Shown: positions 35,484 through 43,502, counted from the stretch's first letter. The stretch: 64,000 bases of DNA from Minisyncoccota bacterium (GCA_041671485.1 JBAZBL010000001.1:23037-87036); one strand, 5' to 3'. Made by a program: numbers and translations. Notes: a model not told the origin generated them from the letters alone.

Positions 35484-35534
35484 AAAGTGGCACTCAAGAC
35501 TACTAGAGTCTCGAGTGCCGTGAAGATCTTACCA

Positions 35535-35819
35535 CTAATTGTTGTGTACGCTGGCATTTGCCAATGCCAAGCGTTTCGCAATTGTTTCCGGGTGCCAGTC
35601 AAACGCGAGAGTGGCGCCTGTACCTGGAACAATGATTCTCGCCACAAGAGTCCTTGGATCTCCATGTGCTGGTCCAACTTCAAATGCGAGTTGGCCACAA
35701 TGTCTGAATTCCCTGACAATTTCCTCGAGATGAGGATTGAGGTCAGTTACCATCAAACTCATTGTTGGTAACTCAGAGATGAGCGCATCTAACGCTATAA
35801 GATCAGCCTTCGTTATCAT
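35535..35819 (-). CDS. Hypothetical protein in a GC-richer patch
   Basis: 94 aa. It is convergent with the upstream gene and separated from it by a hairpin (GGCACTC...GAGTGCC at ~35490-35525). Confidence 0.4.
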   Translation of the reverse strand: MITKADLIALDALISELPTMSLMVTDLNPHLEEIVREFRHCGQLAFEVGPAHGDPRTLVARIIVPGTGATLAFDWHPETIAKRLALANASVHNN

Positions 35820-35859
35820 ACGTTTTTAGCTTTTGTGCAGTTTACCTACTAGTATAGTA

Positions 35860-36831
35860 TTACATAAGTAATTGTTTGTCAATAGCACACTTTTCTATCA
35901 GATTCTTAGGATCAAACCACTTTATCCTCTCATCTTTCCTCCACCATGTCTTCTGTCTTCTAGCATATTGCCATATCTTCGTAGAAAGTATTTCAATCAA
36001 TTGATCTTTGTCTATTTTTCCTTGTAGGAATTCTGCTAGATAGCGATATTCAAGTCCCAATTCATTCATACGTTCATATGATAAACCATTTTTATGTAAA
36101 TTTTTTGCTTCATCTATCATTCCTATATCAATCCTATCTACAAGACGTTTGTGAATGCGTTTTCTCAATTCTTCTGATGATATATTGACACCAATAAATA
36201 TTGGATCATAATGATCGTGGAGGGATGGCTCATGAGGAAGCATTCGACTGGTTGATTCGTCGACTGGTTGACTGGCACAAACCCGCTGTCCCTCCATCTT
36301 TTCTTGTACTGAAGTCGCTATCTCAATAGCTCTTATCAAACGCCTTTTATTCTTATCATCACCATTTCTCGATCCAGATATCATTTTCTTTGCATAAACA
36401 GGATCTAACCTCTTCAAAATATCAAACAATTCCTCGACTGACTTTTCTCCTAATTCTCTGCGCAAATCTTCATTTGGTGATACATCTGGTATTTCCAGAT
36501 TATCGACTAAAGCAGAAATATAGAAACCTGTACCGCCACATATTATTGGCAATTTACCTCTATTGTGAATATCCAAGATCGCTTGTCTGGCTTTCTCTTT
36601 CCAGTCTACAACAGTGAATCTATCTCTCGGATCAGCAATATCTAAACAATAGTGGGGAATTCCTTGCATTTCTTCTTTTGTAATCTTACCAGTACCGATA
36701 TCAAGTCCTTTATATACTTGCCTAGAATCAGCAGATATCACTTCACCATTCCATTGTTGGGCCAGTTTAACAGCCAAATCACTTTTGCCAGAAGCGGTGG
36801 GACCTAGGATAATTAGGATCTTAAATTTCAT
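35860..36831 (-). CDS. miaA: tRNA dimethylallyltransferase MiaA (contains in-frame GC-rich palindromic insertion)
   Basis: P-loop 'ILGPTASGKSDLAV' and 'ISADSRQVYKGLDIGTGKIT'. An internal ~26-aa GC-rich segment encodes 'RVCASQPVDESTSRMLPHEP'. Confidence 0.88.
   Translation of the reverse strand: MKFKILIILGPTASGKSDLAVKLAQQWNGEVISADSRQVYKGLDIGTGKITKEEMQGIPHYCLDIADPRDRFTVVDWKEKARQAILDIHNRGKLPIICGGTGFYISALVDNLEIPDVSPNEDLRRELGEKSVEELFDILKRLDPVYAKKMISGSRNGDDKNKRRLIRAIEIATSVQEKMEGQRVCASQPVDESTSRMLPHEPSLHDHYDPIFIGVNISSEELRKRIHKRLVDRIDIGMIDEAKNLHKNGLSYERMNELGLEYRYLAEFLQGKIDKDQLIEILSTKIWQYARRQKTWWRKDERIKWFDPKNLIEKCAIDKQLLM
36219..36295. repeat. GC-rich in-frame element in miaA with 7-bp terminal inverted repeats GGAGGGA/TCCCTCC and internal 11-bp tandem duplication CGACTGGTTGA x2
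   Basis: Seen directly in the sequence. It is GC-rich relative to its flanks. Confidence 0.6.
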
Positions 36832-36900
36832 ATATCAAATAAGCTGTATTTGAATCTTTATAATTCATGGTGCGCCGTCTGTGACAATCTTAGATAGCAA

Positions 36901-37170
36901 CTAGATTATAGTGAGTTTCAAACCTAACCCAGAGGTAACTTTTTGGAGAAAAGAAAGGGTAGGATTTGTTCTACCGGATTCAAGACGAGAAAGGGCTGCT
37001 TGAGTAATACCCAATTTTAATGCCAGTTGTTTCTGGGTGAGTTTCTTTTGGATCCGAGCTTCTATAAGTGCATCGTGAATTTTGAATTCCACCTCAAGAC
37101 TATCATAAGCTTTCTTGTTCTCTGGATCACTAAGAAACTCCTCCATGACTTGTTTGTGTGTTTTCATCAT
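36901..37170 (-). CDS. HTH XRE-family antitoxin (HigA-like)
   Basis: 89 aa. C-terminal HTH 'LTQKQLALKLGITQAALSRLESGRTNPTLSFLQKV'. It sits immediately downstream of the toxin gene on the same strand. Confidence 0.75.
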   Translation of the reverse strand: MMKTHKQVMEEFLSDPENKKAYDSLEVEFKIHDALIEARIQKKLTQKQLALKLGITQAALSRLESGRTNPTLSFLQKVTSGLGLKLTII

Positions 37171-37196
37171 AAAACTAATATAGCATATACGGCATA

Positions 37197-37514
37197 TTAT
37201 GCAAATCCAACAACCTCTTTCTGAATTCTCCTGGCATAACTAATATCTTTTAAACTTATTCTCCAAGCTTTCTTGATAAAACCATGAACAATGTATGCTT
37301 TATTATTCTGGAATACGTACAAGATTCTTATTTGATTTTTACCAAGAGTTCTAAGTTCAAATAACCCCTTACCCAGACTTTTAGAATCAGGCATCCCTAA
37401 TAAATATCCGAATTTTTCCAGAGAATTTACTGTCTTTTTTATGCGGGAGGATGTGATCTTGTCTAGACCATTTATAAATTCTCGCACTTTTTCATTCCAA
37501 TAAATTATTTCCAT
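37197..37514 (-). CDS. RelE/HigB-type toxin (Gp49-like, DUF891 family)
   Basis: 'GLFELRTLGKNQIRILYVFQNNKAYIVHGFIKK' matches the Gp49/HigB family pattern. It lies upstream of an XRE antitoxin, the reversed HigBA order. Confidence 0.7.
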   Translation of the reverse strand: MEIIYWNEKVREFINGLDKITSSRIKKTVNSLEKFGYLLGMPDSKSLGKGLFELRTLGKNQIRILYVFQNNKAYIVHGFIKKAWRISLKDISYARRIQKEVVGFA

Positions 37515-37598
37515 ATCCGCATAATACATCACACATAAGAAAATGCAAAAAGATGGCATTGAATGACTGTGTCCACTTTATGGGGTACAGATCAATTG

Positions 37599-37680
37599 TG
37601 CCGGGAGAGAGAATCGAACTCTCATGGATTACTCCGTACGATTTTGAGTCGTATGCGTCTACCAATTCCGCCATCCCGGC
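37599..37680 (-). tRNA. tRNA-Leu (CAA), class II
   Basis: Reverse complement reads GCCGGGATGGCGGAATTGGTAGACGCATACGACTCAAAATCGTACGGAGTAATCCATGAGAGTTCGATTCTCTCTCCCGGCA. Anticodon arm TACGA-[CTCAAAA]-TCGTA, with a long variable arm. Confidence 0.9.
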
Positions 37681-37769
37681 TTGTTATTCAATATTACAAG
37701 AAATACAACTAAAATCAATGATCAAAATTACAAAAAAACTTATAAGAATTTCGCAAATAGAAATATTGA

Positions 37770-38255
37770 TTAAAGGGGTAGGTATTGTCGGCCTGTATCA
37801 AATGCAGTATCCGATATAGCTACCATCCATTGTTTATTCTTGCCATCACTACTTCGCCACCTTTTTTCAAATTTATCTATCTCCAATGTAAATCCTTCAC
37901 CATTCCAAGGATCATTGAGGATAATATTATCTTCATCTATACCAATAACAACAGCATAATGACCTTCTTCATTTGAAGGTTCAATAAAATTTATGATCAC
38001 TGGGTGACCATTATTTATTTGGTCTTTGATAGAGATTATTGATGTATCATTATCAACAAAAGCATATAATCCAGACTTTACTATTACATGAATGATGCCA
38101 CCGTGTTTTGTCCCATCTTTTCCTTGTTTAGAAATCTCTTTCAATTCAAGTTCTGATTTCTTTATACCATAATATTCAAGAACCATACGCAAAGAAGCAG
38201 GACCACATGATGTATTTGAATTTTGACTATAGAATGGTACCTTTATTGTTTTCAT
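37770..38255 (-). CDS. C39-like papain-fold cysteine peptidase
   Basis: 'PFYSQNSNTSCGPASLRMVLEYYG' carries the Gln and catalytic Cys. 'EGHYAVVIG' is the His region and 'NDPW' the Asp/Asn region. Confidence 0.7.
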   Translation of the reverse strand: MKTIKVPFYSQNSNTSCGPASLRMVLEYYGIKKSELELKEISKQGKDGTKHGGIIHVIVKSGLYAFVDNDTSIISIKDQINNGHPVIINFIEPSNEEGHYAVVIGIDEDNIILNDPWNGEGFTLEIDKFEKRWRSSDGKNKQWMVAISDTAFDTGRQYLPL

Positions 38256-38290
38256 AGATTCCTATATTTGCTATAATAACACTTAATACT

Positions 38291-39253
38291 ATGTCCACAC
38301 CATATGTAAACAATGCGATATTCTGGATAGAGATAGAGAAGGTCAGCCCAAATCCATATCAACCGCGACGAGAATTTGACGAGATGGCTTTGAAGAGCTT
38401 GGCAGAATCCATAAGGATGTATGGTGTACTCCAACCCCTAGTTGTGACTAGGAAAGAAGTCGAAAAAGATGATGGTGGACTTTCTGTAGAATATGAACTC
38501 ATTTCAGGTGAAAGGAGACTACGCGCATCGAAACTAGCTGGATTATCACAAGTACCAGCTCTCATAAGGAGCGGGGAAGACGGAGCGAGAGAAAAACTAG
38601 AGATCGCTATCATAGAAAATCTACAAAGAGAAGATCTCAATCCTGTTGAGAGAGCAAGATCTTTCAGTAGACTTATCAAAGAATTTGGCTTGAAGCAAAT
38701 ACAAGTCGCAGACAAAGTAGGCAAGAGCCGTGAATATGTAGCTAACACTTTGCGTATATTGGCTTTGCCAGAAGAAATACTAACTGCTTTGGGAGAAGGA
38801 AAAATATCAGAAGGGCATACAAGACCGCTTCTTATGTTATCGGGAAGACCCGAAGAACAGCTTGTTCTATTCAAGGAAATTTTGATCAAGAAATTATCAG
38901 TGCGTGATGCAGAATCAGCTTCGAGAAGGGTTGCAACAGATAGGGTCAGGAATCGTGACAAATATCTGGACCCAGCAGTACTTGAAATTGAAAAGAAACT
39001 GAACGAAGCTCTAGGTACACGAGTAAAGGTTGATAGGACAAATGAAAATGGTGGTACTGTAAAAATTGACTTCTTTTCTACAGATGATCTTCGCGCATTA
39101 TTGGTCAAACTAGGCGCAGAATTGAATCTAGGTGAAGCAACAAAAGCAGACGCCAAATTGCAAAATAATTCACCAGTTGATGATCGTTCACCAGATGAAA
39201 TACAAAAAGAAGAGAACGAGGATCTTTATTCTCTGAAGAATTTTTCGGTTTAA
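38291..39253 (+). CDS. parB: Chromosome partitioning protein ParB/Spo0J
   Basis: ParB box 'GERRLRASKLAGLSQVPALIR', an HTH 'IQVADKVGKSREYVANTLRIL', and a C-terminal dimerisation region. Confidence 0.88.
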   Translation: MSTPYVNNAIFWIEIEKVSPNPYQPRREFDEMALKSLAESIRMYGVLQPLVVTRKEVEKDDGGLSVEYELISGERRLRASKLAGLSQVPALIRSGEDGAREKLEIAIIENLQREDLNPVERARSFSRLIKEFGLKQIQVADKVGKSREYVANTLRILALPEEILTALGEGKISEGHTRPLLMLSGRPEEQLVLFKEILIKKLSVRDAESASRRVATDRVRNRDKYLDPAVLEIEKKLNEALGTRVKVDRTNENGGTVKIDFFSTDDLRALLVKLGAELNLGEATKADAKLQNNSPVDDRSPDEIQKEENEDLYSLKNFSV

Positions 39254-39259
39254 CCTGTA

Positions 39260-41710
39260 TCAAGGATTAACTTCCTTTATTTTCTTTTTGAATCCACGTT
39301 GTTTCTTTTCTTGTGCCAATAACTCTAATGCACGTTCGAATGTAATATTGTAAATATCATCTGGTGCTTTGACTGAACGGAAGTCGCCATCAAGGACGAC
39401 GTATGGACCAAAACGTCCGATCGAAGCTGTAATTTCTTTATTTGTCTTTGGATCTATACCCAATACTTTTGGCAAACTCAAATATTTGAGAGCATCTGCA
39501 ACCGTAACTTTCATAGGATCAGCGTTCTTTGGAATCGAGGCCATCTTTGGTTTAAAATTAGCAACAATTTTATTGGCATCTTGCTCTTCACTTTTCACTT
39601 TTAACTTTTCCCCGCGCGCCAAGCTTCGCCCGGCGAAGCGGGCGGGACTTTTAATCTTTATTTTCCCCTTAATCCTCTCCCCCAACTGCACATATGGTCC
39701 AAATCTTCCATTCAAAACAAATATTGGCAATCCTGTTGTCGGATCTATACCTATAGGTTCATCTTTCTTGAATTCCATACCGTCTATAGTGAGTGCTCCA
39801 TCACAATCGGGATATTTTGAACATGATATAAATTTGCCGTTCTTTCCTAGTTTTATTTCCATAGAAGGACTGCCACATTTCGGACATTTGAACTTTGAAT
39901 CTGCTAAACCAAGATTGGTCAATTTGTCTATCTTTTCTTTGGACTTCACTTCTTTGTGAAATGGTCCATAAAAGTCAGTAAGAGTCTTCAAATATGTACG
40001 TTCACCATTTGCTATTTCATCGAGTTCATTCTCCATCTCTGCTGTAAAGTCATCACTTATATAAGTAGGGAAGTTCTCCTCTAGGAATGTAGAAACAACT
40101 TCACCTATATCGGTCGGCTTTAGAGAGCGACCCTCCTTTTCTACATAACCTCTATCTTCTATAGTCTTTGAAATAGAAGCGTATGTAGAAGGACGCCCTA
40201 TGCCTCTCTTTTCCAATTCTTTGATCAAACCTGCTTCTGTATATCGAGACGGTGGTTGTGTTTGCTTTTCTTCGGAATCAATATTCAAAAGCTTCAATGA
40301 TTCTCCTTTATCACATTTTGGTAAATTAACTTCATCGCCACTTGAATCTGGATCAGCCTTGAGCCAGCCGTCGAATAAAATACGAGAACCATTTGCTTCG
40401 AAGTTTGGGATGCCACCGGCCGCTTCTCCCTCCTCGGCGCGACTAAATGTCTTCGTTTGCTTCGCAAAGTCGACATTTGTCGCCGCCTCGACGGTCGAAG
40501 CGGCCTCCGACGCCGTTCGCGGAGGGAGAATGTTCTCCACCGATTCCAAAATGTTTGCAATAATCTTTGTTTTCGCCAATCTTGCATCTGCCATTTGAGA
40601 AGCAACCGCTCTTTGCCAAATAAGTTTATAAAGACGCTTTTGTTCATCCGTATGTCCAGCAACAGATTTATTGAAATGACTTGGTCTTATAGCTTCATGT
40701 GCTTCTTGAGCATTTTTGCTCTTTGTAGCATATGTTCTTATATGTAGGTAATTTTTGCCATATTCTTTTTCTACCACTTGGCTTATCTGTGCCAATGCTT
40801 GCTCTCCTAGATTCGTAGAATCTGTCCTCATATATGTGATATATCCAGATTCGTACAATTTCTGGGCAATACTCATTGTCCTAGAAGGAGAAAAACCGAG
40901 TCTTGAACTAGCGGTCTGTTGCAAAGTAGATGTTATAAATGGTGCGCGTGGAGATCTCTTTTGTTCTGATTCTTCTATGTCTATGACTTTCCAATCATTC
41001 TTTTTTGCAGTGTCAATTATGTATTCAGCTTCTTCTTTCTTCTTTGGCTCTACAGAACAAGATAGATGCAATTTACCATCTTTTGTAGTCAACCAATCTC
41101 CAGCAATAGTCCAATATGTCTCTGGCTTGAATGCACGGATCTCTCTTTCTCTCTCCATTATTATACGTAGAGCAGGGGACTGGACTCGGCCAGCAGACAA
41201 GCCATAACGAACTTTTTTCCAGATAAGTCCGGAGAGATCATATCCTACTATCCTGTCTAGAACACGACGAGCTTCTTGTGCTTCTTTTAGATTTTCATCT
41301 ATAGGTCTAGGACTTTTGAGAGCTTCCTCTACAGCTTCTTTTGTAACTTCATGATATGTGATTCTCTTTATCTTCGATGCAGGGATCTTGTCATAACCAT
41401 CAGACAAGCCCTTCTTGGTCAGAAGCTCCTTCAAATGCCAAGCTATGGCTTCACCTTCACGGTCTGGGTCGGTTGCAAGAAGTATTTCATCGGCTTTCTC
41501 TGCTTCAATCCTTATTTCATCTATGATAGTTTGCTTCTTTGCTACGACTTCATAGTGGGGTATAAAACCGCCTTCTATATCTACTGCTTTTTTATTGGAC
41601 TTTGGCAGATCACGCACATGACCAACAGAAGCACGTACGATAAAATCTTTTCCCAAATATTTGGAAATAGTTTTTGCTTTTGAGGGGGACTCGACGATCA
41701 GTAGTTTCAT
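39260..41710 (-). CDS. topA: DNA topoisomerase I (with two in-frame GC-rich palindromic insertions)
   Basis: Toprim N-terminus 'LLIVESPSKAKTISKYLG', the catalytic Tyr region, and C-terminal zinc ribbons 'CPKCGS...CSKYPDC'. Confidence 0.92.
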   Translation of the reverse strand: MKLLIVESPSKAKTISKYLGKDFIVRASVGHVRDLPKSNKKAVDIEGGFIPHYEVVAKKQTIIDEIRIEAEKADEILLATDPDREGEAIAWHLKELLTKKGLSDGYDKIPASKIKRITYHEVTKEAVEEALKSPRPIDENLKEAQEARRVLDRIVGYDLSGLIWKKVRYGLSAGRVQSPALRIIMEREREIRAFKPETYWTIAGDWLTTKDGKLHLSCSVEPKKKEEAEYIIDTAKKNDWKVIDIEESEQKRSPRAPFITSTLQQTASSRLGFSPSRTMSIAQKLYESGYITYMRTDSTNLGEQALAQISQVVEKEYGKNYLHIRTYATKSKNAQEAHEAIRPSHFNKSVAGHTDEQKRLYKLIWQRAVASQMADARLAKTKIIANILESVENILPPRTASEAASTVEAATNVDFAKQTKTFSRAEEGEAAGGIPNFEANGSRILFDGWLKADPDSSGDEVNLPKCDKGESLKLLNIDSEEKQTQPPSRYTEAGLIKELEKRGIGRPSTYASISKTIEDRGYVEKEGRSLKPTDIGEVVSTFLEENFPTYISDDFTAEMENELDEIANGERTYLKTLTDFYGPFHKEVKSKEKIDKLTNLGLADSKFKCPKCGSPSMEIKLGKNGKFISCSKYPDCDGALTIDGMEFKKDEPIGIDPTTGLPIFVLNGRFGPYVQLGERIKGKIKIKSPARFAGRSLARGEKLKVKSEEQDANKIVANFKPKMASIPKNADPMKVTVADALKYLSLPKVLGIDPKTNKEITASIGRFGPYVVLDGDFRSVKAPDDIYNITFERALELLAQEKKQRGFKKKIKEVNP
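39596..39653. repeat. 42-bp GC-rich palindromic element (CTTTTCCCCGCGCGCCAAGCTTCGCCCGGCGAAGCGGGCGGG) flanked by 8-bp direct repeat ACTTTTAA, in-frame in topA
   Basis: The direct repeats sit at 39596-39603 and 39646-39653. The element contains the perfect palindrome GCTTCGCC-C-GGCGAAGC. It encodes 'SPARFAGRSLARGE' between KIK and KVK codons. Confidence 0.7.
40424..40530. mobile_element. GC-rich palindromic miniature element (family A, reverse orientation) with 10-bp perfect TIR TTCTCCCTCC/GGAGGGAGAA, in-frame in topA
   Basis: The reverse complement of the inner ~65 nt (CCGTCGAGGCGGCGACAAATGTCGACTTTGCGAAGCAAACGAAGACATTTAGTCGCGCCGAGGAGGG) matches the leuS and infB copies at ~85-90%. It encodes 'STVEAATNVDFAKQTKTFSRAEEGE', paralleling the leuS peptide. 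Confidence 0.75.
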
Positions 41711-41771
41711 GACTTTTAGTATTGCATGAATGAATTGTCTAAGTCAAAAAAATCTGGTAGATTATGCATAT

Positions 41772-41844
41772 CCGCCCATAGCTCAGCTGGTAGAGCAGAT
41801 CCCTCTTAAGGATAAGGTCGTAGGTTCAAATCCTACTGGGCGGA
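41772..41844 (+). tRNA. tRNA-Lys (CTT)
   Basis: Acceptor CCGCCCA/TGGGCGG with discriminator A. Anticodon arm GATCC-[CTCTTAA]-GGATA. T arm GTAGG-TTCAAAT-CCTAC. Confidence 0.88.
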
Positions 41845-41874
41845 CAGAAATAGATAAAAGATCAAAAATAAAAA

Positions 41875-42246
41875 ATGATAAAAAACAAGAATAAATTTAA
41901 GAAGAGGTTGTATTCATGGACTTTGAATATAATTAGATTAACAGACACATTACCTGATTTATTGTCTGCGGATGTAATAGGTAAACAATTGATGAGAAGC
42001 GGAACAAGCATTATTGCCAATTATGTTGAAGCAAAATCTGCCAGTTCAAGAAAAGATTATATAAACTTTTTCACTCACGCACTAAAATCTGCCAATGAAT
42101 CAAAAGTGTGGTTAACAATGATGAAAGATTTAGAAATTGGAAATAGAGAGCAAACCTGTGTATTATTAAGAGAGTTAGATGAAATATCAAAAATATTGGC
42201 ATCTAGTATCATAACCCTTAAGAATAAAGGTGATAAAAATCTTTGA
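41875..42246 (+). CDS. Four-helix-bundle protein (family often found in rRNA IVS/tRNA loci)
   Basis: 'LMRSGTSIIANYVEAKSASSRKDYINFFTHALKSANESKVWL' fits the four-helix-bundle (PF05635-like) pattern. Family membership is recalled from memory. Confidence 0.6.
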   Translation: MIKNKNKFKKRLYSWTLNIIRLTDTLPDLLSADVIGKQLMRSGTSIIANYVEAKSASSRKDYINFFTHALKSANESKVWLTMMKDLEIGNREQTCVLLRELDEISKILASSIITLKNKGDKNL

Positions 42247-42276
42247 TTTTTGATCTTTTATTTTTGATTTATTTCC

Positions 42277-42361
42277 GCCGGGGTGGCGAAATTGGTAGAC
42301 GCACTTGGCTTAGGACCAAGCGAAGCAATTCATGGAGGTTCGAGTCCTCTCCCCGGCACCA
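42277..42361 (+). tRNA. tRNA-Leu (TAG), class II, CCA encoded
   Basis: Acceptor GCCGGGG/CCCCGGC with discriminator A plus CCA. Anticodon arm CTTGG-[CTTAGGA]-CCAAG. Long variable arm. Confidence 0.9.
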
Positions 42362-42367
42362 AATAAA

Positions 42368-42949
42368 ATGGACACCCTCCACTTCTTCAAAGAGTCAATA
42401 ATAGACTTCAAAAATACTGGTAGTTTCTTGCCGAGTTCGAACAGGCTGGCAAAGCGTTTGAGTCGACCGATAATTGGAAAACCAAAATTGATAATAGTTG
42501 AGCTTGGTGCTGGTACTGGATCGGTAACAAAATACCTTTTGAAAATACTACCAAAAGACTCAATGCTCATATCCCTAGAGATAAATGAATCGCTTATAAA
42601 CAAACTGACAAAGAATATTCATGATCCTAGACTAATGCTGATCAAAGGGGATGCATCGAAACTTGGTACATATTTACAAGAATTGAATATTGGTAAGGTT
42701 GATTATATAGTTTCTGGATTGCCACTAGGCAATTTCTCACGAAAATCTCGCTATGCTATATATTCAGAAATTTGCACAAATCTAAAAGATAACGGTATAT
42801 ACACTCAATTCCAATACCTTCTTGCCAGCTTTGTTGAAATTCGAAGGATCTTCTCTATAACAGATCTTGCTTTTGAATGGCGCAATATGCCTCCAGCATT
42901 CGTATATACTTGTAAATTGCGTCAGCTGAATAATTTTGTACGAGGATAA
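42368..42949 (+). CDS. Class I SAM-dependent methyltransferase (start at ATG 42368; ORF-track start 42332 lies inside tRNA-Leu)
   Basis: Motif I 'IIVELGAGTGSVTKYL'. Motif II/post-I acidic residue 'LEINESL'. 'LIKGDASKL...DYIVSGLPL' is of the rRNA/small-molecule methyltransferase type. Confidence 0.7.
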   Translation: MDTLHFFKESIIDFKNTGSFLPSSNRLAKRLSRPIIGKPKLIIVELGAGTGSVTKYLLKILPKDSMLISLEINESLINKLTKNIHDPRLMLIKGDASKLGTYLQELNIGKVDYIVSGLPLGNFSRKSRYAIYSEICTNLKDNGIYTQFQYLLASFVEIRRIFSITDLAFEWRNMPPAFVYTCKLRQLNNFVRG

Positions 42950-43011
42950 GCAGAAATATGACCAAATACTAGTTTGTCAATACTCTAAACTTACTGTAAT
43001 ATTTGGAAAGT

Positions 43012-43083
43012 GGCCACGTAGACAAGTGGTAAGTCAGCGGTCTGCAAAACCGCTATACGCGAGTTCGATTCTCGCCGTGGCCT
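43012..43083 (+). tRNA. tRNA-Cys (GCA)
   Basis: Acceptor GGCCACG/CGTGGCC with discriminator U, as is universal for Cys. Anticodon arm GCGGT-[CTGCAAA]-ACCGC. T arm GCGAG-TTCGATT-CTCGC. Confidence 0.9.
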
Positions 43084-43220
43084 CTGCGAATTTTGCATAA
43101 GCGTAGCGAATGGCAAAATTCAGCATCCTCTCGAAGTTCGATCCGCCAGCTGGCGGAGAGGGACGAAGCAGGAATTAGTATTAATTTTTGATCTTTGATT
43201 TTTAATTTTTGACTTAATAT

Positions 43221-43304
43221 GCCCGGGTGGCGAAATTGGTATACGCGCAAGACTTAAAATTTTGTAGCCGTAAGGCTGTGTGGGTTCGATTCCCACCCCG
43301 GGCA
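43221..43304 (+). tRNA. tRNA-Leu (TAA), class II
   Basis: Acceptor GCCCGGG/CCCGGGC with discriminator A. Anticodon arm CAAGA-[CTTAAAA]-TTTTG. Variable hairpin TAGCCGTAAGGCTG. T arm TGGGT-TCGATTC-CCACC. Confidence 0.85.
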
Positions 43305-43486
43305 CACTAAAAAATATATAATGATAGACTTATTTGCCCGGGAGCAAGGTGCATTTGCACCTTGCGAGTGAGAATCGAAAAGTCTGAGCATATTTTCGAA
43401 CCTGAGCGAGCGATCAGCGAGTGGAAGGTGAGAAAATGCGAAGACTATACCGTTCCAGTATGGAAAGATTCCCACCCCGGGCACAC
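43305..43486 (+). mobile_element. tRNA-3'-end-associated miniature element (copy 2), ending in a 20-bp duplicate of the tRNA-Leu(TAA) 3' end
   Basis: The direct repeat GATTCCCACCCCGGGCACAC occurs at 43288-43307 and 43467-43486. The left arm TTTGCCCGGG-[GC hairpin AGCAAGGTGCATTTGCACCTTGC]-GAGTGAGAATCGAA is antisense to the tRNA 3' end. The ~60-nt core at 43378-43438 is shared with the tRNA-Tyr copy. Confidence 0.7.
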
Positions 43487-43502
43487 TTGATCTGTACCCC
43501 AT

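Noticed and set aside
37492-37819. ORFs 37492-37674 (-) and 37553-37819 (+) across tRNA-Leu(CAA)
   Set aside because: They overlap a canonical class II tRNA on the minus strand, and their sequences are not protein-like.
42332-42367. ORF-track start of the methyltransferase at 42332
   Set aside because: That start lies inside tRNA-Leu(TAG). The ATG at 42368 gives a normal N-terminus just after the encoded CCA.
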